From: Malacoraja senta
Lineage: Eukaryota
Assembly: GCA_038087875.1 (NCBI GenBank)
Contig: CM075990.1
Coordinates: forward strand, 744,001-808,000
Length of the DNA: 64,000 nt
Reading direction: 5' to 3'
The notes under the pieces: generated by a model
What the model was told of the DNA's origin: nothing
The model's input: only the letters and a program-made list of their open reading frames with translations
The model's database searches: none
Shown here: one piece after another, positions 24,191-36,430 of the stretch
Layout: each line of letters starts with the position of its first letter
How positions within the stretch are numbered: the stretch's first letter is position 1
Position numbers and translations under genes: made by a program

Positions 24191-24997
24191 CTGGAGCAGC
24201 AGCTCGATGACCTCCGTCTGGTCAGGGAGAGCGAGGAAGTCATTGAGAGGAGTTACAGGGAGGTGGTCACTCCAAGACCACAGGAGGCAGGCAAGTGGAT
24301 CACGGTTGGGAGAGGCAAGGGGCAGAGGCAGGGACTAGAGAGTACCCCGGTGGCTGTACACCTTGACAATAAGTACTCCTGTTTGAGCACTGTTGGGGGG
24401 GACAGCCTACCTGGGGGTAGCGACAGCGGCCGGGCCTCCGGTATAGAGACTGGCCCTGTTGCTCAGAAGGGTAAGGAAAAGAAGAGGAGGGCAATACTAA
24501 TAGGGGACTCTATAGTTAGGGGGTCAGACAAGCGATTCTGTGGACGCAGTCGGGAGACCCGGATGGTAGTTTGCCTCCCTGGTGCCAGGGTCTGTGATGT
24601 GTCTCAACGTGTCCAAGATATCCTGAAAGGGCAGGGAGAGGAGCCCGAGGTCGTGGTACATATAGGTACCAATGACATAGGTAAAAAAAGAGAAGAGGTC
24701 CTGAAAGGAGAATTTAGGGAGTTAGGAGGGGAGTTAAAGAGAAGGACAGCAAAGGTAACAATCTCGGGATTACTGCCTCTGCCACGCGACAGTGAGAGTA
24801 GGAATGGAGTGAGGTGGAGGATAAATGCGTGGCTGAAGGACTGGTGCAGAGGGCAGGGATTCAAATTTCTAGATCATTGGGACCTCTTTTGTGGAAGGTT
24901 CGACCTGTACAAAAAGGATGGGTTGCACTTGAACCTGAGGGGGACCGATATCCTGGTGGGGAGATCTGCAAAGTCTACTGGGGAGACTTTAAACTAG
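24191..24997 (+). CDS. CR1 ORF1 protein, C-terminal SGNH/GDSL esterase-like domain (N-terminus missing)
   Basis: ILIGDSIVRG, CLPGA, VVHIGTND and DGLHLN in ORF 24263..24997. The frame is open from the truncation point. Confidence 0.88.
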   Translation: MEQQLDDLRLVRESEEVIERSYREVVTPRPQEAGKWITVGRGKGQRQGLESTPVAVHLDNKYSCLSTVGGDSLPGGSDSGRASGIETGPVAQKGKEKKRRAILIGDSIVRGSDKRFCGRSRETRMVVCLPGARVCDVSQRVQDILKGQGEEPEVVVHIGTNDIGKKREEVLKGEFRELGGELKRRTAKVTISGLLPLPRDSESRNGVRWRINAWLKDWCRGQGFKFLDHWDLFCGRFDLYKKDGLHLNLRGTDILVGRSAKSTGETLN

Positions 24998-25145
24998 AAT
25001 GGTTGGGGGGAGGGACTCAAATAGAGAATGCTATTAGACAGTGTGTGAGGCAAGAGGCAGAGAAGGAAAGCACTCAGACCCAACATGTAGGGGGGAAAGA
25101 AGAAAACAATAATAAACAGAGAATAAGAGGTGGTGGGGTTCTTAA

Positions 25146-28112
25146 ATGGGTGAGCAGAGAAACAGAGAATGTAAAATGCGGGCGGAAGCAATAGGTAGCA
25201 AGGTGAAAAGTAAAAGTGGCAGGCAGACAAATCCAGGGCAAAAATCAAAAAGGGCCACTTTTCAACATAATTGTATAAGGGGTAAGAGCGTTGTAAAAAC
25301 AAGCCTGAAGGCTTTGTGTCTCAATGCAAGGAGCATTCGTAAAAAGGTGGATGAGTTGAACGTGCAGATAGCAATTAATGATTATGATATAGTTGGGATC
25401 ACGGAGACATGGCTCCAGGGTGACCAAGGCTGGGAGCTGAACATCCAGGGATGTTCAATATTCAGGAGGGATAGAGAGAAAGGAAAAGGAGGTGGGGTAG
25501 CGTTGCTGGTTATAGAGGAGATTAACGCAGTGGAAAGGAAGGACATTATCTTGGAGGATGTGGAATCGGTATGGGTAGAGCTGCGAAACACTAAGGGGCA
25601 GAAAATGCTGGTGGGTGTTGTGTACAGGCCACCTAGCAGTAGTAGTGAAGTTGGGGATGGCATCAAACAGGAAATTAGAAATGCGTGCAACAAAGGCAAA
25701 ACAGTTATAATGGGTGACTTCAATCTACATATAGATTGGGTGAATCAAATTGGCAGGGGTGCTGAGGAAGAGGATTTCTTGGAATGTATGCGGGATAGTT
25801 ATCTAAACCAACATGTAGAGGAACCAATGAGAGAGCAGGCTATTCTAGACTGGGTATTGAGTAATGAGGAAGGGTTAGTTAGCAGTCTTGTTGTGCGTGC
25901 CCCCTTGGGCAAGAGTGACCATAATATGGTTGAGTTCTTCATTAGGATGGAGAGTGACATTGTTAATTCAGAAACAACGGTTCTGAACTTAAAGAAAGGT
26001 AACTTTGAGGGTATGAGACGTGAATTGGCCAAGATTGACTGGCAATTAGTTCTAAAAGGGTTGACGGTGGATATGCAATGGAAGGCATTTAAAGACTGCA
26101 TGGATGAACTACAAAAATTGTTCATCCCAGTTTGGCAAAAGAATAAATCAGGGAAGGTCGTGCATCCGTGGATAACAAGGGAAATCAGGGATAGTATCAA
26201 AGCAAAAGATGATGCGTACAAATTAGCCAGAAAAAGCAGCATACCAGAGGACTGGGAGAAATTCAGAGACCAGCAGAGGAGGACAAAGGGCTTAATTAGG
26301 AAAGTGAAAATAGATTATGAAAGGAAACTGGCAGGGAACATAAAAACTGACTGCAAAAGTTTTTATAGATATGTGAAGAGAAAGAGATTAGTTAAAACAA
26401 ATGTAGGTCCCTTGCAGTCAGAAACAGGTGAATTGATCATGGGGAACAAGGATATGGCGGACCAATTGAATAACTACTTTGGTTCCGTCTTCACTAAGGA
26501 AGACATAAATAATCTGCCGGAAATAGCAGGGGGCCGCGGGTCAAAGGAGATGGAGGAACTGAGTGAAATCCAGGTTAGTCGGGAAGTGGTGTTGGGTAAA
26601 TTGAATGGATTAAAGGCCGATAAATCACCAGGGCCAGATAGGCTGCATCCCAGAGTACTTAAGGAAGTAGCTCCAGAAATAGTGGATGCATTAGTGATAA
26701 TTTTTCAAAACTCTTTAGATTCTGTAGTAGTTCCTGAGGATTGGAGGGTACCAAACGTAACCCCACTTTTTGAGAAGGGAGGGAGAGAGAAAACGGGGAA
26801 TTACAGACCAGTTAGTCTAACATCGGTAGTGGGGAAACTGCTAGAGTCACTTATTAAAGATGGGATAGCAGCACATTTGGAAAGTGGTGAAATCATTGGA
26901 CAAAGTCAGCATGGATTTACGAAAGGTAAATCATGTCTGACGAATCTTATAGAATTTTTTGAGGATGTAACTAGTAGAGTGGATAAAGGAGAACCAGTGG
27001 ATGTGTTGTATCTGGACTTTCAGAAGGCTTTCGACAAGGTACCACATAAGAGATTAGTATACAAACTTAAAGCACACGGTATTGGGGGTTCAGTATTGAT
27101 GTGGATAGAGAACTGGCTGGCAAACAGGAAGCAAAGAGTAGGAGTAAACGGGTCCTTTTCACAATGGCAGGCAGTGACTAGTGGGGTACCGCAAGGCTCA
27201 GTGCTGGGACCCCAGCTATTTACAATTTATATTAATGACCTGGATGAGGGAATTGAAGGCAACATCTCCAAGTTTGCGGATGACACTAAGCTGGGGGGCA
27301 GTGTTAGCTTTGAGGAGGATGCTGGGAGACTGCAAGGTGACTTGGATAGGCTGGGTGAGTGGGCAAATGTTTGGCAGATGCAGTATAATGTGGATAAATG
27401 TGAGGTTATCCACTTTGGTGGCAAAAACAGGAAAGCAGACTATTATCTAAATGGTGGCCGATTAGGAAATGAGGAGATGCAGCGAGACCTGGGTGTCATG
27501 GTACACCAGTCATTGAAAGTAGGCATGCAGGTGCAGCAGGCAGTGAAGAAAGCAAATGGTATGTTAGCTTTCATAGCAAAAGGATTTGAGTATAGGAGCA
27601 GGGAGGTTTTACTGCAGTTGTACAGGGTCTTGGTGAGACCACACCTGGAGTATTGCGTACAGTTTTGGTCTCCAAATCTGAGGAAGGACATTATAGCCAT
27701 AGAGGGAGTGCAGAGATGGTTCACCAGACTGATTCCTGGGATGTCAGGACTTTCATATGAAGAAAGACTGGATAGACTTGGCTTATACTCGCTAGAATTT
27801 AGGAGATTGAGAGGGGATCTTATAGAAACATACAAGATTCTTATGGGGTTGGACAGGCTAGATGCAGGAAGATTGTTCCCGATGTTGGGGAAGTCCAGGA
27901 CAAGGGGTCACAGCTTAAGGATAAGGGGGAAATCCTTTAAGACCGAGATGAGGAAAAACTTTTTCACACAGAGAGTGGTGAATCTCTGGAACTCTCTGCC
28001 ACAGAGGGTAGTTGAGGCCAGTTCATTGGCTATATTTAAGAGGGAGTTAGATGTGGCCCTTGTGGCTAAGGGGATCAGGGGGTATGGAGAGAAGGCAGGT
28101 ACGGGATATTGA
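25146..28112 (+). CDS. CR1 ORF2 polyprotein (APE endonuclease and reverse transcriptase), 988 aa, uninterrupted
   Basis: [67 protein letters not shown]. Confidence 0.96.
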   Translation: MGEQRNRECKMRAEAIGSKVKSKSGRQTNPGQKSKRATFQHNCIRGKSVVKTSLKALCLNARSIRKKVDELNVQIAINDYDIVGITETWLQGDQGWELNIQGCSIFRRDREKGKGGGVALLVIEEINAVERKDIILEDVESVWVELRNTKGQKMLVGVVYRPPSSSSEVGDGIKQEIRNACNKGKTVIMGDFNLHIDWVNQIGRGAEEEDFLECMRDSYLNQHVEEPMREQAILDWVLSNEEGLVSSLVVRAPLGKSDHNMVEFFIRMESDIVNSETTVLNLKKGNFEGMRRELAKIDWQLVLKGLTVDMQWKAFKDCMDELQKLFIPVWQKNKSGKVVHPWITREIRDSIKAKDDAYKLARKSSIPEDWEKFRDQQRRTKGLIRKVKIDYERKLAGNIKTDCKSFYRYVKRKRLVKTNVGPLQSETGELIMGNKDMADQLNNYFGSVFTKEDINNLPEIAGGRGSKEMEELSEIQVSREVVLGKLNGLKADKSPGPDRLHPRVLKEVAPEIVDALVIIFQNSLDSVVVPEDWRVPNVTPLFEKGGREKTGNYRPVSLTSVVGKLLESLIKDGIAAHLESGEIIGQSQHGFTKGKSCLTNLIEFFEDVTSRVDKGEPVDVLYLDFQKAFDKVPHKRLVYKLKAHGIGGSVLMWIENWLANRKQRVGVNGSFSQWQAVTSGVPQGSVLGPQLFTIYINDLDEGIEGNISKFADDTKLGGSVSFEEDAGRLQGDLDRLGEWANVWQMQYNVDKCEVIHFGGKNRKADYYLNGGRLGNEEMQRDLGVMVHQSLKVGMQVQQAVKKANGMLAFIAKGFEYRSREVLLQLYRVLVRPHLEYCVQFWSPNLRKDIIAIEGVQRWFTRLIPGMSGLSYEERLDRLGLYSLEFRRLRGDLIETYKILMGLDRLDAGRLFPMLGKSRTRGHSLRIRGKSFKTEMRKNFFTQRVVNLWNSLPQRVVEASSLAIFKRELDVALVAKGIRGYGEKAGTGY

Positions 28113-28815
28113 GTTGGATGATCAGCCATGATCATATTGAATGGCGGTGCAGGCTCGAAGGGCCGAATGGCCTACTCCTGCACCTATTTTCAATGTATCT
28201 ATGTATCTATGAACTAGGTGTGGGTGGGGGCACAAGGCATCTGTTGTTTAAGAGTGTCGAATGCTCTCTGCTTTTGTTCATGCCAGGAGCACACAATGTC
28301 TTTGTGAGATAGCAGGCACAGTGAGGTCGATAGTTCGCTGAAATTCAGAATGAATTTCCCCAAGTAGTTTACTATACCAATGAATCAATGCAGGCTGGTC
28401 ATGTCTGTGGGTGCTGGTGAATCATTGATTGCAATAGTCATTGATGGATCTGGTTTGAGACCGTCACTGGTAAATACATGACCCACGTGGTTCACCTCAC
28501 TCACCTGGAATTTGCACTTTAGGGTGTTAAACTTGAGGTTGATCACTTTGGCGCGGTCTAGAGTCCTCTTTAAGTTTGCGTCGTGTTCTTGGACATTTTG
28601 TCCAGCAATGGGAATGTAATCAACAATAATTGAGCATGGGTAACCAGCAAATAGTTGTTCCATGATGCGCTGAAATACTTCACATGCCGAGTTTATGCCG
28701 AACGGCATGCGCAGAAATTTGTAATGTCCAAAACGTATACTGAAAGTGGTTAGCTTGAAGAGTTGTCGTCCAACGGAATCTGCCAGAATGAACTCCTTGC
28801 ATTTAGAACTGAAAA

Positions 28816-29090
28816 CTGATCTCCTTCTATTTTCTTTTCTTCTCATCTTTTCTTTTATTCTCTCTCTTCTATTTTCTATGTCTCAACTTTCTTATTTCAT
28901 TCTTTATTTTTATTTTTCACACACTATATATCTCACATTTTTCTATTTTTCATTATCTAACTTTTTTCTTTTTCTTCTTTATTTCAAATTTTTTTTTAAA
29001 TAAGAAGCTGTACATGAAAGGTATTATGAAAATATGATTGTATACAATTGTACTTACTTCTAATAAAATAAAAAATTAAAATTAAAAAAA
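28816..29090 (+). mobile_element. L1 3' UTR fragment inserted in the Gypsy RT
   Basis: T-rich UTR ending CTTCTAATAAA plus poly(A), like 39720-40060. 11-bp TSD AGAACTGAAAA at 28805-28815 and 29091-29101. Confidence 0.8.
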
Positions 29091-30029
29091 AGAACTGAAA
29101 ATACTGTTGCCTTGCCCAGCTGCGTTGTGACATCTTCCACTGTGCACATGGGATTGTGTGGTCATTTAATGGCATTGTTTAAATCTTTGGGATTAATACA
29201 TATCCGTATTTCTTCCTTGTACTTTTTGGTTGCTACTACCATGGTTGAGACCCCGTCCAGTGGATCGACAGCAGGAGTAATCACACCCAGAGTCTCCATC
29301 TTGTTGATGTATCCTCTTTTTGTACGCGATCCTGCATAGCATGTGGAATCCATTGGGCAGGACGGACAACTGGCAGGACCTCTGTGTCGGTCATGATTGT
29401 GCACTTAATGGGAAGCTTGCCAAGCTTGCCGTCTAAGAGATTTCTGTATTGTAACAGGAACTGTTGAGTGAAGCCATGTGTGGGGGACAGTTGATGAACC
29501 GCTCTACCAAAGGTGACCAAACCTAGGTCATCGATGCCTAGCAGAGAAGTCACTTTCTTTCGGACAATGAAGAAGCTCAGATTGTATACCCATGACTCTA
29601 GATGACATTGTAACTTGACTATTCCAACAGGGTTCACTGCACCCCCTCCAAAGGGAAGTAACGTAGCCGTTTGATGGCTTCAGCATTCCGATCCTGTGGA
29701 GCTCAGATAAGTATAGAACATTGCAACATGCTCCAGTATCGGGTTTAGCAATAACACTCGCTCCGTTAATGAGGAGAGTGACCATAGGATCTCGGTGTTT
29801 ATAAGACAAATCCTACAAGGAATGTATATTGACATTCAGTCCATTGATAGCAGGCAGCACCTCATCGTTAGACAGAGGGATTGCTGTGGGTGTTATCTGG
29901 GAAGGTACTGGCTGTAGCAGGTGCACTGATTGCTTTGTTTGTTGCTTTGTCTCTACTGTGTTCCCACGCGAGCGACAGCAGTGGATGAAGTGATTTCTGA
30001 ATTTACAGTAATGACACATTTTTCCATAA

Positions 30030-30334
30030 AGGGTCTGTCCCAAAATACGAGTTTACCCAAGAGCTCTCCCAAGTTAAAAAAAAAATCAAACTCGTGATAA
30101 GTACGTAGAATATACGTAGCGGGTATGTCGGAGCTCGGGACATCTCTCAGCGGCTCGTAACGCTAACGGCAGGTACTCGTGAAACGCGGTAAGCTCGTGA
30201 AGTTTTTTCAACAGTGAAAAATGTCCACGAGAGCCCCGAGTACCTACGAACGGCTATTACCGTAATTCTCCTAGTTCGAATCAGGGGAAACTCAGGAGAA
30301 CTCTTGAATTACCTCGTGCAGTGGGACAGGCCCT
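30030..30334. mobile_element. Harbinger-type MITE inserted in the Gypsy gag zinc knuckle
   Basis: TAA|AGGGTCTGTCCC...GGGACAGGCCCT|TAA. Removing it restores CPAYGKMCHYCKFRNHF. Same family as 62202-62530. Confidence 0.9.
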
Positions 30335-31141
30335 TAAGCAGGGCATTGTTCATGAATGCCTGCATGCGAACCTCCACAGTTCCCACAATTATTGATAAAT
30401 CCGGCATTGGATCTGCCGGGCACTTGTGAAGGCTGGCGCTGGACTGGTAAAATGTGCTGGCAACATTTACATCATTAAAGCAGAGTGGAGACTTTAGTGT
30501 GAGAGTCTGTCAACTCTGCAACTCTGCAACATGACAGTGATTCTCAGCCCTTTCCAGAGCGAGGTCTGCATCACATATCAGCTCATCTCACACCTTGTCA
30601 TTGAGAATACCAAACACCAGTCTGTCATGGATGAGACTATCACACAGGATTTTGAACTCGCACCGGCTAGCGATGTGCTTTAAAAAACTGATATAGGCTT
30701 CGACGGGCTCACCTTGCCTTTGGCTGCGCGCAAAAAATCTATGGCGCTACATTATGAGATTGGTGCCTAGCTCACACAGCTGTCTGAACTTGTTCAGTAG
30801 GCAGAAGGGATCATCTATAGATTCCGCAGGGACAATCTGAACACCCGTGGCATTCACCTGAGCCGGAGCGTAGTGGAATTGGCGTGCATGTCGAATGGCT
30901 TCTGTACCAGCCAATTTGAGGGGAATAGAGGCACGAATGTCTGGCGCTGCAGCATGATGTGCTGCACGGATATATACGGTGAAGTCCTCTTCGCAGGTGC
31001 GCCAACGCTCAGCGAGGTCGCATTCAAACGCAAGCGGTTCAGGCTTAGGAAACGTAGCAGCCATTGCGAGATAACAAACAGAATGAAAAAAATAAACTAA
31101 AACAAACCGGAACCAAACTAGGCGAGTAAGGGGTCCAAACT

Positions 31142-31152
31142 TTCTGACACCA
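31142..31152 (-). other. Gypsy PBS, probably tRNA-Leu(CAA)
   Basis: TGGTGTCAGAA is complementary to the 3' end ...TTCTGACACCA of tRNA-Leu(CAA). Confidence 0.65.
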
Positions 31153-31305
31153 TGTTGTGTAATGAGACTCATACACAGGAGTAACAACTCATAGTCGTTA
31201 TTGCAACACATGCTATCGCCTCCGTGGTCAGCATCTAGTCTGACCATGAGGCAGTGACGTGTTGTAATAATAGTCCAGGGTAAGGATGACGATCCGGACT
31301 GGACC

Positions 31306-31770
31306 ATTCAATTCAATTCAATTCAATTCAACTTTAATGTCATTGCACAAATACTGAGTATGGGTACAACGAAATGCAGTTTTGCGTCAGTCCGTAGTAG
31401 TAGTGCAATACAGAAATTTAAAAAAAAAAAGAGGATACAGAATAATCAAAAATACAGAATAATTAACAATGAGGACGGAGGGACCGGAGGAATCTATCGG
31501 CGGGACTCCGAGTTCAGCAATGCGACGGTATAATTGTAGAAGCTGTTCCTCATCCTACTGGTACGAGACCTGAGGCTCCTGTACCGCCTCCCTGATGGGA
31601 GGAGGGCAAACAGTCCATGGTTGGGGTGGGAGGGGTCTTTAATGATCTTCCCAGCCCGTTTCAGACACCGTTTTCGGTGGAGGGCATCCATGGCAGGGAG
31701 CGGGGCACCGATGATGTGCTGCGCGGTTTTCACCACCCGTTGTAGTGCCTTCCTGTCCGCAACAGTGCGG
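31306..31770 (-). mobile_element. Rex1/Babar-type LINE 3' end
   Basis: DRKALQRVVKTAQHIIG...DPSHP.HGLF.LLPSGRRYRS...RT.R.RNSFY. AATAAA-like signal and (GAATT)n tail. Confidence 0.85.
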
Positions 31771-32374
31771 ACAGGAAGGCATATTCCATATATGGAATAT
31801 GAAGCATGCATAATATGTGTGGTGATAGATAGAGTAAAGGCAGACTAATATGGTTAATCAACACCTCTCCAGCACTTCTTCAAGTCAAGAATGTTTTCAT
31901 GTCGTTTGACTGGAAATGGAACAATGACATTCTTACAGGTTTATGGATCCTCGTCCTTTCTCTCCCAAAGTTTACTATCAGTTCCTTGGTCTTCCTGATG
32001 TTGAGAGTAAGGTTGATGTTCTGGCACAATTCGGTCAGTCAATCGATCTCTCTCCTATACCTTCACTCACTGTCATCTGTAATTCGTCCAACAACGGCGA
32101 ATTTGAAGATGGAGTTCGTGCTGAGTCCGGCTACATAGTCGTGAGTATAGAGTGAGTAGAGCAGGGGGCTGAGCACACAGCCTTGAGGTGCTCCTGTGCT
32201 GATAGTTATCGAGGAAGAAGTGGTGCTGCTAATTCGTACAGATTGTGGTCTGTTGATGAGGATGTTGAGGATTCAGTTGCAGAGGGATGAGCGGAGACCC
32301 AGTTCTGCAAGCTTGGTAACCAGCTTGGAAGGGATGACGGTGTTGTACACCGAGCTGTTGTCTATGAACAACAA

Positions 32375-32606
32375 TGAAGACAGACACAAAAAAGCTGGAG
32401 TAACTCAGCGGGACAGGCAGCATCTCTGGTGAGAAGGAATGGGTGATGTTTCGGGTCGAGATCCTTTCTTCAGTCTGAAGAAGGGTCTCGACCTGAAACA
32501 TCACCCATTCGTCTCACCAGAGATGTTGCCCGTCCTGTTGAGTTGTTCCAGCAGTTTGTGTCTATCTTCGGTATAAAGCATCTGCATTTCCTTCCTACAC
32601 ATTTCA
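32375..32606. mobile_element. Short fold-back element of two inverted Penelope pseudo-LTR ends, each with a hammerhead-like motif
   Basis: Symmetry axis at 32474 (TCTTCAG-T-CTGAAGA) with arms of about 95 bp. 14-bp TSD TCTATGAACAACAA at 32361-32374 and 32607-32620. Confidence 0.85.
32475..32502 (+). ncRNA. Minimal type I hammerhead-ribozyme-like motif (representative copy, degenerate)
   Basis: CTGAAGA-A-GGGTC-TC-GACCT-GAAA-CATC. The consensus over copies in the window is CTGAAGAAGGGTCTCGACCCGAAACGTC (CUGANGA, stem II, GAAA, GUC). Confidence 0.6.
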
Positions 32607-32809
32607 TCTATGAACAACAACCTGACGTATGTGTTTTTATTGTCCAAGTGGTCCAGGGCTGAGTGACCTGGTGGGGCGGGAGGCCAATTGTAATGGGTCC
32701 AGGTTCTTGAGGTAGGAGTTAATATGTGCCATAATAAACCTCTCAAAGCACTTCATCACATCATGACATTAGTGCCACCGGTCAGTAATCATTGAGGCAC
32801 ATCACCTTA

Positions 32810-34374
<1,565 letters not shown>

Positions 34375-34899
34375 TTACTCTTTCTCTGTTGCTTTTACAT
34401 CTTTCTGTAATCTGTTTATACTGTATATATTTCCCTCTATCTCCCACTGACTATTTTATAATCCCATTAAAGTGATGGCAGCCTTTTTATTTTTGAACTC
34501 CAACCATATTGCCTCTACCACATTCCCATCAACTCTGCCCACCCCTAATTCTACCACTCACCTACATACTGAGGGTAATTTACAGTGCTCAATTACCTCA
34601 TCGGATGTGGGAGGAAACCAGAGCACCCAAAGGAAACAACAATGGATTTTGTCAGGCACTGAAACGACTTGTCACCTCAGCCCATTCCTGAAACTTGTCT
34701 GGATCTTGCTCCCGGAGGAGCTGTGAATGGAATCGAACTTTAAGCTATCATCAGTGAACACCTGCCAACTTCTGATATTCTGATGAAACTGCTGAAGGTG
34801 GATTGGCCTGGGTTATTGCCCTGAGGAACTCCTTTACTGCTGCCCTGGTGGAAGTGAATGACCATCAACAACCACAACCATTTTTTCTTGGTGGGAAAC

Positions 34900-35350
34900 A
34901 TGACAGACTGCAGATGCTGGAATCTGCAGCAATAAACAAACTGCTGGAGGAAACCTTGCAGGTCAGGTAACACCTGTGGAGGCAAAGCGATGGTCAACGT
35001 TTCAGGTTGTGACCCTGCATTAGAACTGTGAGTGTAGAGGATAGACGCAATATACAATTGGGAGGGAGAAGTGAAAAAGGGGCAGGTAGATGATAGGAGG
35101 AACCAGGTGAGGTGAGGGACGTTGGCCAGATGGAGCTAGGTGGAAGAGGGAAGGGGAAATGTAGAGACAAAGGCTGGAAGATGGTGTGTGAAACCAGAAA
35201 AGGGAAGGATGAAGGGCAGATGGAACCGTGGGGAGGGTAACACATCTAAGTGACAGGGAGAGCACATTAGAAAATTTGAATAAAGGGAGAGAGTATAGGT
35301 AGACTGGTGTAATTGGCAGAGGAAGTGGATGGGTTAGCTTTAACTGAAAA
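34900..35350 (-). mobile_element. Older Penelope pseudo-LTR-like fragment
   Basis: CTGCAGATGCTGGAA motif, a degenerate hammerhead-like motif (CAACGTTTCAGGTTGTGACCCTGCATTAG) and a purine-rich tract. Confidence 0.55.
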
Positions 35351-35371
35351 ATTCAGTGTCATATCATTGTG

Positions 35372-35681
35372 GGCGGAACAGTGATGCAGCAGTAGAACTA
35401 CTGCCTTACAGCGCCAGAGACCTGGGTTCGATCATGACTATGGGTGCTGTCTGTACAGAGGTTGTACGTTCTCCCCGTGACCTATGTGGGTTTTCGCCAA
35501 GATCTTCGGTTTCCTCCCACACTCCAAAGACTTACAGGTTTGTAGGTTAATCGGCTCGGTATAAATGTGAACAAAAATTAGCCCTTGAGTGTGTAGGGTG
35601 GTGTTAATGTGTGGGGATCGCTGGTCGGCACGGACTTGGTGGGTCGAAGGGCCTGTTTCCGCGCTGTATCTCTAAACTAAA
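35372..35681 (+). mobile_element. Full-length HE1/V-SINE-like SINE
   Basis: tRNA-like head (B box GGGTTCGATC), core, and tail GGGTCGAAGGGCCTGTTTCCGCGCTGTATCTCTAAACTAAA. Confidence 0.85.
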
Positions 35682-35844
35682 TCATTGGTTCTTGCTCCAT
35701 GTTTGGATCTAGATTGTAATGAGGTCTGGAGCAGAGTGTTAAACCCAGGTTAGACACCCATATGCAGAATGTGCTGCTTGAGACCATGGTCTATCATTGT
35801 GCTGATAACTGAGTGTCAACTGAAAGGGCTTTATTGGATTTGTC

Positions 35845-36018
35845 TGAAGATAGACACACAAAGCTGGAGTAACTCAGCGGGTCAGACATCATCTCTGGAG
35901 AAATGGAGAAATGGAATAGGTGATGTTTCGGGTCGAGACCCTTCTTCAGATTGAAGTGTGTCTTGTACTTTGTGTCTCTCTTTGGTTTAAACCATCATTT
36001 GCAGTTCCTTCCTACACA
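35845..36018. mobile_element. Short Penelope-derived fold-back element with a hammerhead-like motif
   Basis: Motif on the minus strand at 35922-35949 and a partial inverted arm. 13-bp TSD TATTGGATTTGTC at 35832-35844 and 36019-36031. Confidence 0.8.
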
Positions 36019-36089
36019 TATTGGATTTGTCCTACTTTTGTGGATCACTGTCAGGTAGGGCTCAATTCTGTAACTATACTGGAACAGCT

Positions 36090-36430
36090 ATAATAATAAT
36101 AATAATGGATGGGATTTATATAGCGCCTTTCTAATACTCAAGGCGCTTTACATCGCATTATTCATTCACTCCTCAGTCACACTCGGTGGTGGTAAGCTAC
36201 TTCTGTAGCCACAGCTTCCCTGGGGCAGACTGACGAAAGCGTGGCTGCTAATTTGCACCTACGGCCCCTCCGACCACCACGAATCACTCACACACATTCA
36301 CACGCAGGCAAAGGTGGGTGAAGTGTCTTGCCCAAGGACACAACGACAGTATGCACTCCAAGCGGGATTCGAACCGGCTACCTTCCGGTTGCCAGCCGAA
36401 CACTTAGCCCATTGCGCCATCTGTCGTCCC
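36090..36430 (-). mobile_element. tRNA-derived SINE of a different family (CORE-like centre, L2-like tail)
   Basis: Minus strand has A box TGGCGCAATGG, B box GGTTCGAATCC, GTGTCCTTGGGCAAGACAC, tail GTAAAGCGCCTTGAG...GAAAGGCGCTATATAA and (ATT)n. Confidence 0.8.

Larger units (their letters stand above)
24191..28210 (+). mobile_element. Near full-length CR1 LINE (5'-truncated ORF1, intact ORF2)
   Basis: ORF1 esterase domain, 988-aa ORF2, 3' UTR hairpin GGGCCGAATGGCCT and (ATGTATCT)n tail. Confidence 0.96.
28211..31305 (-). mobile_element. Ty3/Gypsy LTR retrotransposon remnant (partial 5' LTR, PBS, gag, protease, RT)
   Basis: Gag from about 31066 (MAATFPKPEPL...ERW), a CCHC knuckle, protease DTGACCN, and RT IRICINPKDLN, YKFLRMPFGI and IIVDYI. 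PBS TGGTGTCAGAA at 31142-31152 follows the LTR end ...ACA. Confidence 0.88.
31860..32806 (-). mobile_element. Decayed Rex1/Babar-type LINE RT fragment
   Basis: Minus strand has MKCFERFI, HSALDHLDNKNTYVRLLFID and [20 protein letters not shown]. Confidence 0.8.

Noticed and set aside
25799..28135. Antisense ORFs overlapping CR1 ORF2, also seen over the other CR1 copies
   Set aside because: Shadow frames that recur only because the CR1 copies are homologous.
36350..36430. tRNA-like sequence
   Set aside because: It is the head of a SINE followed by core and tail, not a stand-alone tRNA gene. The same applies to 14890-14950, 15280-15350 and 35372-35435.
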